64,000 nucleotides of DNA from an uncultured bacterium (GCA_964614115.1 CAZTKR010000001.1:10614-74613); one strand, 5' to 3'. Counted from the stretch's first letter, positions 1 to 13,042 are shown. Program-made: numbers and translations. Notes: generated from the sequence alone by a model not told the origin.

Positions 1-1
1 C

Positions 2-451
2 AAAATGGCGGCACTTAAGGAAAAATACAAGAAGGAACCGCAGAAGCTGAACGAAGAGACGATGAAGCTCTACAAGCAGCACGGCGTGAACCCCATGGGG
101 GGATGTCTGCCCATGCTTCTCCAGATGCCGGTCCTGTTTGCCCTGTTCAACCTTTTCCGTACGACCATCATGCTGAGGCAGGCCAGCTTTCTCGGCGGTT
201 TGATTCAAGACCTGTCTGCACCCGATCGTATGATCGCTGGTATTAACGTGCTTCCCATACTGATGGGTGCGACGATGATTATCCAGCAGAAGCTTTCCAC
301 GCAGAGCCCTCAACAGAAGATGATGGCGTATTTCATGCCGATTTTCTTCACATTCCTGTTCTACCAGTTTTCGGCAGGACTGAACCTCTACTACCTGATG
401 TTCAACATACTGACCATCGCTCAGGAGATCCTCATCAAGAAACATAAATAA
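2..451 (+). CDS. yidC: Membrane protein insertase YidC, C-terminal part (5' end outside the window)
   Basis: The translation ends in a typical YidC C-terminal region ([22 protein letters not shown]...[15 protein letters not shown]). The reading frame is open to the window edge. Synteny yidC-mnmE-mnmG-rsmG supports the call. Confidence 0.85.
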   Translation, partial: KMAALKEKYKKEPQKLNEETMKLYKQHGVNPMGGCLPMLLQMPVLFALFNLFRTTIMLRQASFLGGLIQDLSAPDRMIAGINVLPILMGATMIIQQKLSTQSPQQKMMAYFMPIFFTFLFYQFSAGLNLYYLMFNILTIAQEILIKKHK

Positions 452-497
452 ACATGTGAGTTGAATTCTATTCGATCCTTTCAAGAATGAGGATGAT

Positions 498-541
498 GGG
501 AACCCCGTCTTAGGAGCAGAGAAGGTGGGGTTCTTTTATTT
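498..541 (+). terminator. Putative rho-independent terminator after yidC
   Basis: Stem GGGAACCCC / GGGGTTC with a large loop, followed by the T-tract TTTTATTT directly downstream of the yidC stop. Confidence 0.35.
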
Positions 542-546
542 GAAAT

Positions 547-1923
547 ATGGAACATGATGATACCATCGTCGCTGTTTCGACGCCGACCGGCTCGGGCGGC
601 ATCAGCGTGATCCGTATCAGCGGAGCCGATGCGATTCCCCTGGTTCAGCGTGTGTTCCGGGGAGGCGACATACAGGGATCGCGGGGATACAGAGCCTATC
701 ATGGATGGATCGTGGACGATTCAGAGCCCATCGACGAGGTGGTTCTCACTGTTTTCCGTGCGCCCCATTCTTACACGGGTGAGGATGTGGTGGAGATAAG
801 CTGCCACGGGGGCGTTTTCCTGGGCCAGTGTATCGTCGAGCTTCTGGTTGCCCATGGCGTACGCCCCGCCCAGCCCGGTGAGTTTACCCAGAGGGCATTC
901 CTATCTGGAAGGATGGATCTTTGTCAGGCCGAGGCCGTTGCAGACCTCGTACAGGCAAGAACAGAGGCATCCAGGAAAGTGGCTGCCTATCAACTGGAAG
1001 GGCGCCTGTCCGAAAGACTGAAGAAGATGCGAGAGCAACTGGTCCAGGCGTGCTCCCTCCTGGAAATAGAGCTCGATTTCAGCGAAGAGGATGTGGCGTT
1101 CACGTCACGGACGGAATTGATGGCCATGCTGAATGCCATGAAAAAAGAGATTGAGTCCATCGTATCCAGCTTCGACAGGGGAAGGGTGTGTCGTGAAGGT
1201 ATACGCATGGTCATCGTGGGCCGGCCCAACGTGGGCAAATCCAGCGTATTGAACGGGCTCGTGGAGAGGGAGCGGGCCATCGTCACCGAAGTGCCGGGTA
1301 CGACGCGGGATACTGTGGAGGATGTGCTGGACATCGGAGGTTTGTTGTTCATTATTACGGACACGGCAGGAATCCGCGAATCAGAGGATATTGTGGAGAG
1401 AATCGGTGTTCAGAAGGCCAGGCAGGCCCTGAGCGCCGCAGACCTTGTCCTATTGATATTCGACGGCAGCGAAGCCCTGACGGACGAGGACGAAGCCGTC
1501 GTTCGTACGATAAAGGAAATGGGGAAGCGGGAGATCGGAGTCATCAACAAGGTCGACCTGCGGGTGAAAGCAGACACGAAACGCATAAAGGCGTGGTTGC
1601 CGGGAGCACCCCTGGTAAGGGTGTCCGCCCTGAAGCAGGAGGGTTTCCCGGGACTCATCCAGAAGATAGAAGAGATGGTCTTGGCCGATGGCATTCCCCA
1701 TGCGGGCGAGGTCGTGCTTACCCGCGTACGGCACAGGGACAGCCTGAGCAAAGCGAAAGCGGCCATCGAGCACGCCGAGGACTCTTTAAAGATGGGGATG
1801 TCCCAGGAATTCGTCGTGGTTGACCTTAGGGAGGCGCTGGATTCCCTGGGAGAAATCACGGGAGAGACCATCACAGACGATATCCTGAACCGTATTTTTT
1901 CGGAATTCTGCATCGGCAAGTAG
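547..1923 (+). CDS. mnmE: tRNA modification GTPase MnmE (TrmE)
   Basis: 458 aa. The N-terminal domain and the G-domain (GRPNVGKSS, DTAG) are present. The C-terminus ends in the CIGK motif characteristic of MnmE. Confidence 0.95.
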   Translation: MEHDDTIVAVSTPTGSGGISVIRISGADAIPLVQRVFRGGDIQGSRGYRAYHGWIVDDSEPIDEVVLTVFRAPHSYTGEDVVEISCHGGVFLGQCIVELLVAHGVRPAQPGEFTQRAFLSGRMDLCQAEAVADLVQARTEASRKVAAYQLEGRLSERLKKMREQLVQACSLLEIELDFSEEDVAFTSRTELMAMLNAMKKEIESIVSSFDRGRVCREGIRMVIVGRPNVGKSSVLNGLVERERAIVTEVPGTTRDTVEDVLDIGGLLFIITDTAGIRESEDIVERIGVQKARQALSAADLVLLIFDGSEALTDEDEAVVRTIKEMGKREIGVINKVDLRVKADTKRIKAWLPGAPLVRVSALKQEGFPGLIQKIEEMVLADGIPHAGEVVLTRVRHRDSLSKAKAAIEHAEDSLKMGMSQEFVVVDLREALDSLGEITGETITDDILNRIFSEFCIGK

Positions 1924-1939
1924 TGTTCCACGTGGAACA
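1924..1939. repeat. Perfect 16-bp palindrome TGTTCCACGTGGAACA, copy 1 (CACGTG core)
   Basis: Seen directly in the sequence, immediately after the mnmE stop codon. The 15-nt string TGTTCCACGTGGAAC recurs at 3851-3865. Confidence 0.7.
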
Positions 1940-1958
1940 TTTTGCGTGAGCAAAACCA

Positions 1959-3875
1959 GTGAAAAGCAAGACCGCATATGATGTCATCGTCGTCGGGGGA
2001 GGGCACGCCGGTTGTGAGGCCGCCCTGGCGGCATCGCGTATGGGCGCACGAACCCTCCTCATCACGATGAACATTCCGACCATCGCCCAGATGTCGTGCA
2101 ATCCGGCCATCGGCGGGCCGGCCAAGGGGCATCTGGTCCGGGAGATAGATGCCCTGGGGGGTGAGATGGGCGTGGCCATCGACAAGACGGGCATTCAGTT
2201 TCGGATGCTGAACATGTCCAAGGGGCCTGCCGTCTGGGCGCCCAGGGCTCAGGCAGACAGGCAGGAATACTCCACACAGATGCGGTGGGCCCTGGAGTCT
2301 CAAGAAAGGCTGACGATTTTTCAGGGAATGGTCACAGGTCTGGGTGTTCGGGGTGACAGCATCGACGGTGTGGAGACAGAGACGGGACGACGGATCAACA
2401 GCAGAACGGTGATCCTCACGTGTGGGACCTTCCTGAACGGGCTCACCCACATAGGGCTCAAGAGCTTCCCCGCGGGCAGGGCCGGCGAGTTCCCGGCCGT
2501 GGGCTTGACAGAGAGTCTGGTGTCCCTGGGATTCGAAGCGGGCCGGTTGAAGACGGGAACGCCGCCCAGGGTAGACGGCCGGAGCATCGATTTTACCCGG
2601 ATGGAAATCCAGCCGGGCGATGCACAACCGCGTCCCTTTTCCCACAGGACAGAAAAAATCGAAGTCGATCAAATTCCCGTCTACTTGACCTACACCCATC
2701 CGGGCACGCACACGATACTGGCTTCGGGCCTGGATCGTTCACCCCTATACACGGGTAAGATTGTCGGCGTGGGCCCTCGGTATTGTCCCTCCATCGAAGA
2801 CAAGATCGTCCGTTTCGAGGATAAAGAGCGTCATCAGATCTTCCTGGAACCGGAAGGCAGGCGGTCGCATGAGTACTACGTGAACGGATTTGCCACCAGC
2901 CTACCCGAGGAGGTTCAAATCGAAGCGCTGAGAACGATTCCTGGGATGGAGAAGGCCGAAATCACCCGTCTGGGGTATGCCATTGAGTACGATTTCTTCC
3001 CGCCTACCCAGCTGAGGCCGACCCTGGAGACCAAGCGTATCCATGGCCTCTTCCTGGCCGGACAGATCAACGGGACGTCGGGGTATGAAGAGGCGGCGGC
3101 TCAGGGGCTGGTAGCCGGGATCAACGCGGTTCTCATGATACGGGGCGAACAACCGTTTCTCCTGGACCGATCCGACGGGTACATGGGCGTGCTTATCGAC
3201 GACCTGGTGACCAAGGGCACGAACGAGCCCTACCGCCTCTTCACGTCCAGGGCCGAGTATCGGCTGCTGCTCCGCCAGGACAACGCCGATCGACGGCTGA
3301 TGAAACATGGCCATCGCCTGGGCCTGATCCCCGATGCGCTGTATGACCGGTTGCAGCGTAAAGAGGCGTTCATTCAGAAGGCACTGGAGGATGTCCGCCG
3401 CATCAAGCCTGATTTGGACATCGTCAACCCGATTCTTCGGGAGTTGGACACCTCACCCCTGGATACACGGCAGAGTCTGCACCAGCTCCTCAAGCGTCCC
3501 CAGGTCGGACTGGAAAATCTGAGTCCGATTTCCGAGGTTGAGAATCTGATGGAGGCGTGGGGTGATTTGCGTAAAGACGTGATGGAGCAGGTCGAGATCG
3601 AGATCAAGTACGAGGGATACTTCCAGCGGCAGAAGGAAAGGATTCAACGGTTCAAGCGATTGGAGGAGAAGCGCATCCCGGAGACGTTGGATTTTCGGGC
3701 AGTCACGACCCTGTCAAAGGAGGCCAGGGAAAAGCTCAGCCAGATCCGGCCCGTCTCCTTGGGGCAGGCGGCCCGCATATCGGGCGTATCGCCGGCGGAC
3801 ATTTCTGTCCTGACGTTGATTCTGGATAAAACAACCAAAGAGCGCAGGCATGTTCCACGTGGAACTCATCGGTGA
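1959..3875 (+). CDS. mnmG: tRNA uridine 5-carboxymethylaminomethyl modification enzyme MnmG (GidA)
   Basis: 638 aa. FAD-binding N-terminus YDVIVVGGGHAGCEAA. Full-length GidA architecture. GTG start. Confidence 0.95.
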   Translation: MKSKTAYDVIVVGGGHAGCEAALAASRMGARTLLITMNIPTIAQMSCNPAIGGPAKGHLVREIDALGGEMGVAIDKTGIQFRMLNMSKGPAVWAPRAQADRQEYSTQMRWALESQERLTIFQGMVTGLGVRGDSIDGVETETGRRINSRTVILTCGTFLNGLTHIGLKSFPAGRAGEFPAVGLTESLVSLGFEAGRLKTGTPPRVDGRSIDFTRMEIQPGDAQPRPFSHRTEKIEVDQIPVYLTYTHPGTHTILASGLDRSPLYTGKIVGVGPRYCPSIEDKIVRFEDKERHQIFLEPEGRRSHEYYVNGFATSLPEEVQIEALRTIPGMEKAEITRLGYAIEYDFFPPTQLRPTLETKRIHGLFLAGQINGTSGYEEAAAQGLVAGINAVLMIRGEQPFLLDRSDGYMGVLIDDLVTKGTNEPYRLFTSRAEYRLLLRQDNADRRLMKHGHRLGLIPDALYDRLQRKEAFIQKALEDVRRIKPDLDIVNPILRELDTSPLDTRQSLHQLLKRPQVGLENLSPISEVENLMEAWGDLRKDVMEQVEIEIKYEGYFQRQKERIQRFKRLEEKRIPETLDFRAVTTLSKEAREKLSQIRPVSLGQAARISGVSPADISVLTLILDKTTKERRHVPRGTHR

Positions 3876-4512
3876 GTTGCTGGAAAGGGAAGGCATACGT
3901 CCGCCCTTTCCCGTCGTTCCTCTTTTTCGCCGGTATTGGGAGATGCTTCTCGACTGGAATCAGAGAATCAACCTGGTATCCAAAAACGATGAAAGACGGC
4001 TTGTGACCCGGCATTTCCTCGAGTCCCTGGGCCTCATCAAGGTCGTGCCGTTTCCTCCGGACGCCCGGGTGATGGACTTGGGATCTGGCGCAGGATTCCC
4101 GGGCATTCCTCTGAAGATTGTGCGGCCCGATCTTCGTATGGTTCTGGTGGAATCCAAGCGCAAGAAGATTCTTTTTCTCCGGCACGCGATCAATACCCTG
4201 GGCCTGGAAAACATGGAGGCCGTGCTGGGAAGAGTGGAGCAGTTGGCAGAAACGCTGGGACGGTTCGATTTTGTCGTCAGTCGGTCGGTGGCGAGCCTGG
4301 TGAAGTTGGCAAGGTGGAGCAGGGCGTACTTGGAGAAGAGCGGCGGGCAGCTCGTCGTGATCAAGGGTCCCGGCGCTCAGGAGGAATTGGTTGGATTAAA
4401 GGCCAAAGCGTCTGCCCTGGGAATCAAGGACGTGCACGTCGTCGCATACAATCCTTTCCCGGAATGGCTCGATCTGAAAAAAAGTGTGGTGGTAACCGTT
4501 CGATGGGGATAA
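3850..4512 (+). CDS. rsmG: 16S rRNA (guanine527-N7)-methyltransferase RsmG (GidB)
   Basis: 220 aa. SAM-binding motif DLGSGAGFPGIPL. The N-terminal region aligns with E. coli RsmG. It overlaps the mnmG 3' end by 26 nt in another frame. Confidence 0.9.
   Translation: MFHVELIGELLEREGIRPPFPVVPLFRRYWEMLLDWNQRINLVSKNDERRLVTRHFLESLGLIKVVPFPPDARVMDLGSGAGFPGIPLKIVRPDLRMVLVESKRKKILFLRHAINTLGLENMEAVLGRVEQLAETLGRFDFVVSRSVASLVKLARWSRAYLEKSGGQLVVIKGPGAQEELVGLKAKASALGIKDVHVVAYNPFPEWLDLKKSVVVTVRWG
3851..3865. repeat. Palindrome TGTTCCACGTGGAAC, copy 2 (14-bp perfect core GTTCCACGTGGAAC)
   Basis: The same 15-mer as at 1924-1938. It overlaps the rsmG start codon and the last codons of mnmG. Confidence 0.7.
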
Positions 4513-4594
4513 TAGGAATCCTCAGACATGCGTATCTAATGTGTAACGGTCAGCGCTGTCGACCAGCATTCAAGATATTGTAATTAAACGGGAT

Positions 4595-7846
<3,252 letters not shown>

Positions 7847-7890
7847 TGTATATTTTTTAGATGTTGTCCTATTCTTCTATTGGAGGGAGT

Positions 7891-9603
7891 ATGAAATATC
7901 GTTGCCTGATGCGGGTTTTTTTCCTCGTTCTTCTCGCCGGCTGTGGGAAGAAGGACCCCATCGTAGCCGTCATCGGCAATAAGCAGGTGATCACTTTAAA
8001 CGAGTTCAAGGAGGATTTTTCCCGAGGCAAGAGCACGGAAGCGGTGGAAACCTCCTCGCCCTCGAGATTGCTGAATCATCTGAATCATATGATCGACACA
8101 CGGATAAAAATCCTGGAAGCCTATGAGATGGGGCTGGAGCGCGACTCTGCCGTCGTTGCAAAGGTCGTCCCGACACGCACACAGGCGCTGTTCAACAGGC
8201 TCTATGAGACCGAGATCGTCGATCACATGGTGAAAGAAACGGATATACGGGCGTATTTTGCTCATATGGGCAAGGAGGTCGTGATCCGTAAGATCACGTT
8301 TCGTTGCGAAGCCGATTCGTCCTCGGAGGAAGAGGCAAAGAGGAAGGCTCAAGACGTTTTAAGTCAAGCCCGAGCCGGAGAGGATTTTGCAGCACTGGCC
8401 AGGACGCATTCCGAGGATAGGGGATCGGCCATGAACGGGGGCTTGATGAATCCTCTGGTATGGACGCAACAGAACGATCCCGTGAAGGATAGGGCGTTTA
8501 CGATGCAGGAAGGTGATATCTCTGGACTCATCAAGGACAACACAGGATATCACATCATCAAGGTCGAGAAGATACGGGAGAAAGAGCGTGATCCTTATCA
8601 CGAGGTTCGTGAGGAGATTCGTCAGAACCTGATTGCAGCAAATCGGCAGGCCATTGCCGAAGAAGCCAGAGCATACTGGTCAAAAGTAATGGAAGATAAA
8701 GGAGTGTTTTGGAATGAGGAGGAGTTGGAGTACCTTGTGCAGAGACTAAAGTCGGTAAAGGACCCGAGAAGGGATATCCTCGCAGACAGCTTGGATGGGC
8801 TGAGTCCCGAGGAAAAAGAGAAAGTTCTGGTACAGCACAAGGAGGGACAGATTACAGTTCAGGATTTTGAAGAGAAAATCCAGGAATATCCACAGCATAC
8901 GCGGTTTCCCATTGATCAGACGAGTGGTCTCAAACGTCTTTTTGAGCAATGGTTGATGAGAAGAATGTTGCTGGAAAAGGCCGTCAGTAAAGGTCTGGAA
9001 AAAGACAAAGCCGTCGTCGAAGAACTGCAAAAGACCACGGAGCAGGAAATCGTTCGTGTTCTGATGGACCGCTTTGTCATCGGGGAGATAAAACCCAGGG
9101 AAGAAGCGCTGAAGCTCTATTATGAAAGAAACAGAGAGGAAAAATACTCTGATCCCGAGAAAGTGAATGTTCAGGAAGTCATGGTTAAGGACGAGGACAT
9201 GGCCAACCGGATTGCTCAATGGGCCAAAGCGGGAAGAGATTTTAGCAAGCTGGCCCGGGATTATACGGAAAGACCGGGGTATAAGAACAAGGACGGCATT
9301 CTGGGTTTTTTCGCTCAGGGACGATGGGGTGACATGGGTGAGAAGGCATTCACCCTTAAGCCCGGCGAGGTAGCCGGACCCATCCCTTTGAAGAACGACC
9401 GTGGATTTTCCGTGATCAAGCTGCTAGAGCAAAGGCCATCCCAGGTGAAACCCTATGATGAAGTGAAAAGCCGGGTTCGGAATGATTTGATCAGAGAGAT
9501 TAAAAAGGATCGGGAAGAACAGTGGTTGGAAGAAAAGAGAAACAAATACAGTGTGAAGACATATGAAAACGTTTTACGAAAAGCGATACCCAGAGCATCG
9601 TAA
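7891..9603 (+). CDS. Periplasmic parvulin-type peptidyl-prolyl isomerase and chaperone, SurA/PpiD family (lipoprotein)
   Basis: Lipoprotein signal MKYRCLMRVFFLVLLAGC. Parvulin domain GYHIIKVEK plus chaperone-like flanking regions. RBS GGAGGG 5 nt before the ATG at 7891. The ORF track begins at 7861 with an N-terminal extension. Confidence 0.75.
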   Translation: MKYRCLMRVFFLVLLAGCGKKDPIVAVIGNKQVITLNEFKEDFSRGKSTEAVETSSPSRLLNHLNHMIDTRIKILEAYEMGLERDSAVVAKVVPTRTQALFNRLYETEIVDHMVKETDIRAYFAHMGKEVVIRKITFRCEADSSSEEEAKRKAQDVLSQARAGEDFAALARTHSEDRGSAMNGGLMNPLVWTQQNDPVKDRAFTMQEGDISGLIKDNTGYHIIKVEKIREKERDPYHEVREEIRQNLIAANRQAIAEEARAYWSKVMEDKGVFWNEEELEYLVQRLKSVKDPRRDILADSLDGLSPEEKEKVLVQHKEGQITVQDFEEKIQEYPQHTRFPIDQTSGLKRLFEQWLMRRMLLEKAVSKGLEKDKAVVEELQKTTEQEIVRVLMDRFVIGEIKPREEALKLYYERNREEKYSDPEKVNVQEVMVKDEDMANRIAQWAKAGRDFSKLARDYTERPGYKNKDGILGFFAQGRWGDMGEKAFTLKPGEVAGPIPLKNDRGFSVIKLLEQRPSQVKPYDEVKSRVRNDLIREIKKDREEQWLEEKRNKYSVKTYENVLRKAIPRAS

Positions 9604-10495
9604 GTGTCGAGCCATCGGAAGAGGCGCTTCCATCGCTTCGATCTGTGTGATAATTCTCCTCCTGTTGAAATGTGGAGTCCGCGTGGATGACGACGAAGTC
9701 GTGGCCCGGGTCGGTAATGCTGTTTTAACGAAAGAGGATATGAAGCAACGGATGAACTGGGAGGGTGTAGGCCCAGACCAGGAAAGCGATTTCGTCGACC
9801 GGTGGGTTGATCGCGAACTCCTCTATCAAGAGGCCAAGAGATTGGGATTAGACAAGGCTGTGGAGCTTCAGTGGGAAATCGAGCTCGTGGAGAAAGAATA
9901 CGTGATCCAAAAGCTGCTGGAGAGGACATTCATCCAGGAGGTCGAGATCACGGAAGAGGAAATCGCCGACTATTACGAGAGACACAAGGATGAATTCCAG
10001 GTGGATGAAGAGGAGGTGCGGGCACTCCATATTTTGAAGGATACCAAAGCCGAGGCCGATATCGCACGTCAGGAAATCATAGCAGGTAAACCGTTTGAAA
10101 CTGTGGCCAGGGAATCCTCCGAGGGCATCTTCAGGGAGAGAGGAGGGGATATGGGTTTTTTCCGAAGGGGGGATGTCATACCGGAGATAGAGCGGTATGC
10201 TTTCCGTCTTTCCGAAGGGCGGGTATCACGGGTTTTTCAGAGCAATTATGGTTTTCATATCATCAAGGTCATAAAGAAGCGTGCCAGGGGAGACTATCGC
10301 GACTTATCGGAAGTCCGGGATGATATATTCCATCAACTCCGCGTGAATAAAGAACGTTCTGCCTACTATGATCTCCTGTTCCAACTGCAGAACAGGACTA
10401 AGGTGTCCGTCACGATCCCCAGGAGTCTGGAAGAGACGCAGGATACACTGACTGTGCAAACCGAAGAAAATGATTTAGAGGAGTCGGAAAAGTGA
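9563..10495 (+). CDS. Parvulin-type peptidyl-prolyl isomerase (PrsA/SurA-like)
   Basis: 310 aa. Single parvulin domain (NYGFHIIKVIKKRARGD) after a SurA-like N-terminal region. Hydrophobic N-terminus. It overlaps the previous gene's end by 41 nt, so the exact start is uncertain. Confidence 0.7.
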   Translation: MKTFYEKRYPEHRKCRAIGRGASIASICVIILLLLKCGVRVDDDEVVARVGNAVLTKEDMKQRMNWEGVGPDQESDFVDRWVDRELLYQEAKRLGLDKAVELQWEIELVEKEYVIQKLLERTFIQEVEITEEEIADYYERHKDEFQVDEEEVRALHILKDTKAEADIARQEIIAGKPFETVARESSEGIFRERGGDMGFFRRGDVIPEIERYAFRLSEGRVSRVFQSNYGFHIIKVIKKRARGDYRDLSEVRDDIFHQLRVNKERSAYYDLLFQLQNRTKVSVTIPRSLEETQDTLTVQTEENDLEESEK

Positions 10496-11787
10496 GGAAA
10501 CCATTTTTTATCGTCCTATGTGCTGGTTTAGCCCTCTTTTTTTCATGGGCGTCCCATGCCCAGGAAGTTCTGGAGGGAGTCGTTGCTGTCGTTGGGGATG
10601 AGATCATTCTTCGTACCCAACTCATCCAGGCGGCGCAGGGATTCGCCGTGCAGATGGGCGTCAATCCCAGGAACCAGCCCCAGGAGTTCGAAAAGATCAA
10701 GGACAACATTCTTCAGAATTTGATAAATGAGAAGGTTCTTCTGGCCAAGGCTATCGAGGATACGGTTACTGTGGATGATCAGCAGGTGGAGTCTGCCCTG
10801 GAGTCGCGGATTGAGGAGCTGACCCAGCAATTAGGCTCCAAGGAGCGCGTGGAGGCGTACTTTGGCTCACCCATCCGCAAGATCAAGAGAGATTACAGAG
10901 ATGAGATTCGTAAACAGCTCATCGTCAGCACGGTTCAGCAGGAGAAACTAAGGGACATCAAGGTGTCGCGGAGTGAAGTCATATCGTTCTATGAAACCAT
11001 GAAAGATAGCCTGCCCGATATGAAATCCAGAGTCAAGCTTCGTCACATTCTGATCGATGTGAGTCCAGGTGAGCGTGCAAAACAGCAAGCCATGGAGCGC
11101 ATGCGGGAGATTCAGGAACGTATCCGTCAGGGAGAGGATTTTGCGGAATTAGCCAAGTTGTACTCCGAAGACCCGGGAACCGCATCCAACGGAGGAGCCT
11201 TGGGCTTTGTGGAGAAGGGCACGTTGTTTCAGTCCTTCGAAGAAACGGCGTTTCAGATGGAACCCGGCGAGATTTCCGATGTAGTGGAGACACCGGTGGG
11301 ATTGCATCTCATACGGTTGATCGAGAAGCGAGGCGACAAGGCGAGCATGCGCCATATCCTGATTCGTGTCGAGGTGACCTCTGTGGATGAGAATGCCGTG
11401 CTGGACACCTTGAGACGTATTCGTGAAAGAGTGTTGGCCGGAGAATCGTTTGAAGACCTGGCCCAAAAATATTCCCAGGATGAGACAACAAAAGACGTGG
11501 GAGGCGACTTGGGATGGCTGCCGCCTGACCAACTCCAGATCGAGGCTTTTAAGAGTGCCATCGACACACTCCAGACAGATGAGATCACCCGTCCGTTTAA
11601 AACACAGTTTGGCTATCATATCGTAAAGCTGGAAGGAAGAAGAGGCGCGCGAGAAGTGTCTCTGGAAGAAGACTGGGAACAGGTGGAATACTGGGCACTG
11701 AGTACGAAGAGACAGAAAGTGATAGAAGAGTGGATTGCGGAATTAAGAAAGAAGATCTACATAAAAATCAATGAGGACATGTTGTAG
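10492..11787 (+). CDS. surA: Chaperone SurA (two parvulin domains)
   Basis: 431 aa. Signal peptide. SurA N-domain (VVAVVGDEIILRTQL). Two PPIase domains (GLHLIRLIEKR and GYHIVKLEGRR). GTG start preceded by GAGGAG. Confidence 0.8.
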   Translation: MRKPFFIVLCAGLALFFSWASHAQEVLEGVVAVVGDEIILRTQLIQAAQGFAVQMGVNPRNQPQEFEKIKDNILQNLINEKVLLAKAIEDTVTVDDQQVESALESRIEELTQQLGSKERVEAYFGSPIRKIKRDYRDEIRKQLIVSTVQQEKLRDIKVSRSEVISFYETMKDSLPDMKSRVKLRHILIDVSPGERAKQQAMERMREIQERIRQGEDFAELAKLYSEDPGTASNGGALGFVEKGTLFQSFEETAFQMEPGEISDVVETPVGLHLIRLIEKRGDKASMRHILIRVEVTSVDENAVLDTLRRIRERVLAGESFEDLAQKYSQDETTKDVGGDLGWLPPDQLQIEAFKSAIDTLQTDEITRPFKTQFGYHIVKLEGRRGAREVSLEEDWEQVEYWALSTKRQKVIEEWIAELRKKIYIKINEDML

Positions 11788-11903
11788 GGGCATCGCCGTT
11801 CTTATTTAAGGGTTCTATGTAGATCGGTTCCTATCGTTCGTCAAGAACGAGCATGCCATTCGCCTAATCATACATTCAACAGCACGATGGAGTCACGCCG
11901 AGA

Positions 11904-11937
11904 CCCTGTCGGGATCATCCTCCGACGGGGTTTATTT
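11904..11937. terminator. Putative bidirectional hairpin plus T/A tract between surA (+) and the convergent dehydrogenase (-)
   Basis: Stem CCCTGTCGG / CCGACGGGG (9 bp, one G-U pair) followed by TTTATTT. The - strand stop codon lies inside the T-tract. Confidence 0.4.
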
Positions 11938-12957
11938 GTGCGGCTCGATGATCACCTTGATCGATTCCTTGGCCTGGGCCACCAACTCGAAGCCCCTGCT
12001 CGCTTCGGCCAGGGGGAGCCGGTGCGTGATCATTTCTTCCACAGCGACGCGTTTGGATCGGATGAGATCGATGGCAACGGCACAATCCAAGGGTGCGGCG
12101 CCGTACGAGGTGAGCATGGTGATCTGGTTTCGCCAGAAGTCGTTGACGGGAATCGAAAAATCCACGCCCGGGTCTGTGGGGGCGAAGAACTGGACGGTTC
12201 CGCCGCGATCCACGGACTGCATGGCCTGGGTGAAGGCCGGTGTGGCGCCGGTGCATATGATGACTAGGTCGGCCAGCAGGCCGTCGTTGGCACGACGGAC
12301 ATGCTCGGGAACGGCATCCCGTGCATCGATGACCGTATCAGCACCGAACCGGCGGGCGGCCTCGAGGCGGTAATTCTGCACATCGGTGGCCATGATGTGT
12401 CCGGCGCCCAGGGCTCTGGCCAGGGCGATATGGAGAAGCCCGGATATGCCGCTGCCCAGAATAAGGACGGTTTGACCGGGCTTGAGGCGTGCCAGCCGTT
12501 GTCCCCGGACCACACAGCCGAGGGGTTCGATGAACGTGCCCTCGTCGTAGCTCATCCCAGGAGGAAGTACGAATACGCCCCGATCCACGTTAATTTTCGG
12601 GACACGCAGGTATTCGGCGAATCCGCCGGGGTCGAAATTCGTGGTATGCAGCGTCTCGCAGACCGTGTGCTGTCCGTTCAGGCAATAACGGCACGTGTTG
12701 CAGGGCACATGGTGAGAAATAAAGACTCTGTCTCCCACGTTGAATCGGTCCACATTTTCACCGACTTGGGCGATGTCGCCCGCGATCTCATGGCCCAGGA
12801 CCAGCGGTGCCTTCTTGAGCCGGTACCATTCCATCACGTCGCTCCCGCAGAGGCCGCTGGCCAACACTTTTACCAGCATTTCATCGGGCCCGATTTTCGG
12901 CACATCCATTTCTTCCACCCGCACATCGCGGTTGTTGTAATACATGGCTACACGCAT
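11932..12957 (-). CDS. Zn-dependent alcohol/polyol dehydrogenase, MDR family (threonine/sorbitol dehydrogenase-like)
   Basis: Catalytic Zn ligands GLCGSDV...GHE, structural Zn Cys cluster CNTCRYC, and Rossmann motif GSGISG. I place the start at ATG 12957 (MRVAMYY), preceded by AGGAG. The track ORF extends further to 13056. Confidence 0.85.
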   Translation of the reverse strand: MRVAMYYNNRDVRVEEMDVPKIGPDEMLVKVLASGLCGSDVMEWYRLKKAPLVLGHEIAGDIAQVGENVDRFNVGDRVFISHHVPCNTCRYCLNGQHTVCETLHTTNFDPGGFAEYLRVPKINVDRGVFVLPPGMSYDEGTFIEPLGCVVRGQRLARLKPGQTVLILGSGISGLLHIALARALGAGHIMATDVQNYRLEAARRFGADTVIDARDAVPEHVRRANDGLLADLVIICTGATPAFTQAMQSVDRGGTVQFFAPTDPGVDFSIPVNDFWRNQITMLTSYGAAPLDCAVAIDLIRSKRVAVEEMITHRLPLAEASRGFELVAQAKESIKVIIEPHK

Positions 12958-13042
12958 CAAACACTCCTGTTCATAGGGTCCCCATCGTCCTCGAGATGAA
13001 AAAGACAGCGGTGAGAAATCCGTCCCGAGTCCGGGATGGTGT

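Noticed and set aside
1410-2711. A long antisense ORF (433 aa, - strand) opposite mnmE/mnmG. Similar long antisense ORFs occur at 5477-6133, 20046-21272, 21792-22913, 22705-23706, 35712-36635, 45575-46567 and 62371-63711.
   Set aside because: Each lies entirely inside a confidently identified sense-strand gene and has no recognisable domains. The translations are Arg/Pro/Gly-rich, which is typical of spurious antisense ORFs in GC-rich DNA.
4314-4583. 89-aa ORF overlapping the rsmG 3' end, and assorted small ORFs of 60-100 aa throughout the track.
   Set aside because: They overlap well-supported genes out of frame, or lie in gaps without RBS or homology. They have no support beyond being open.
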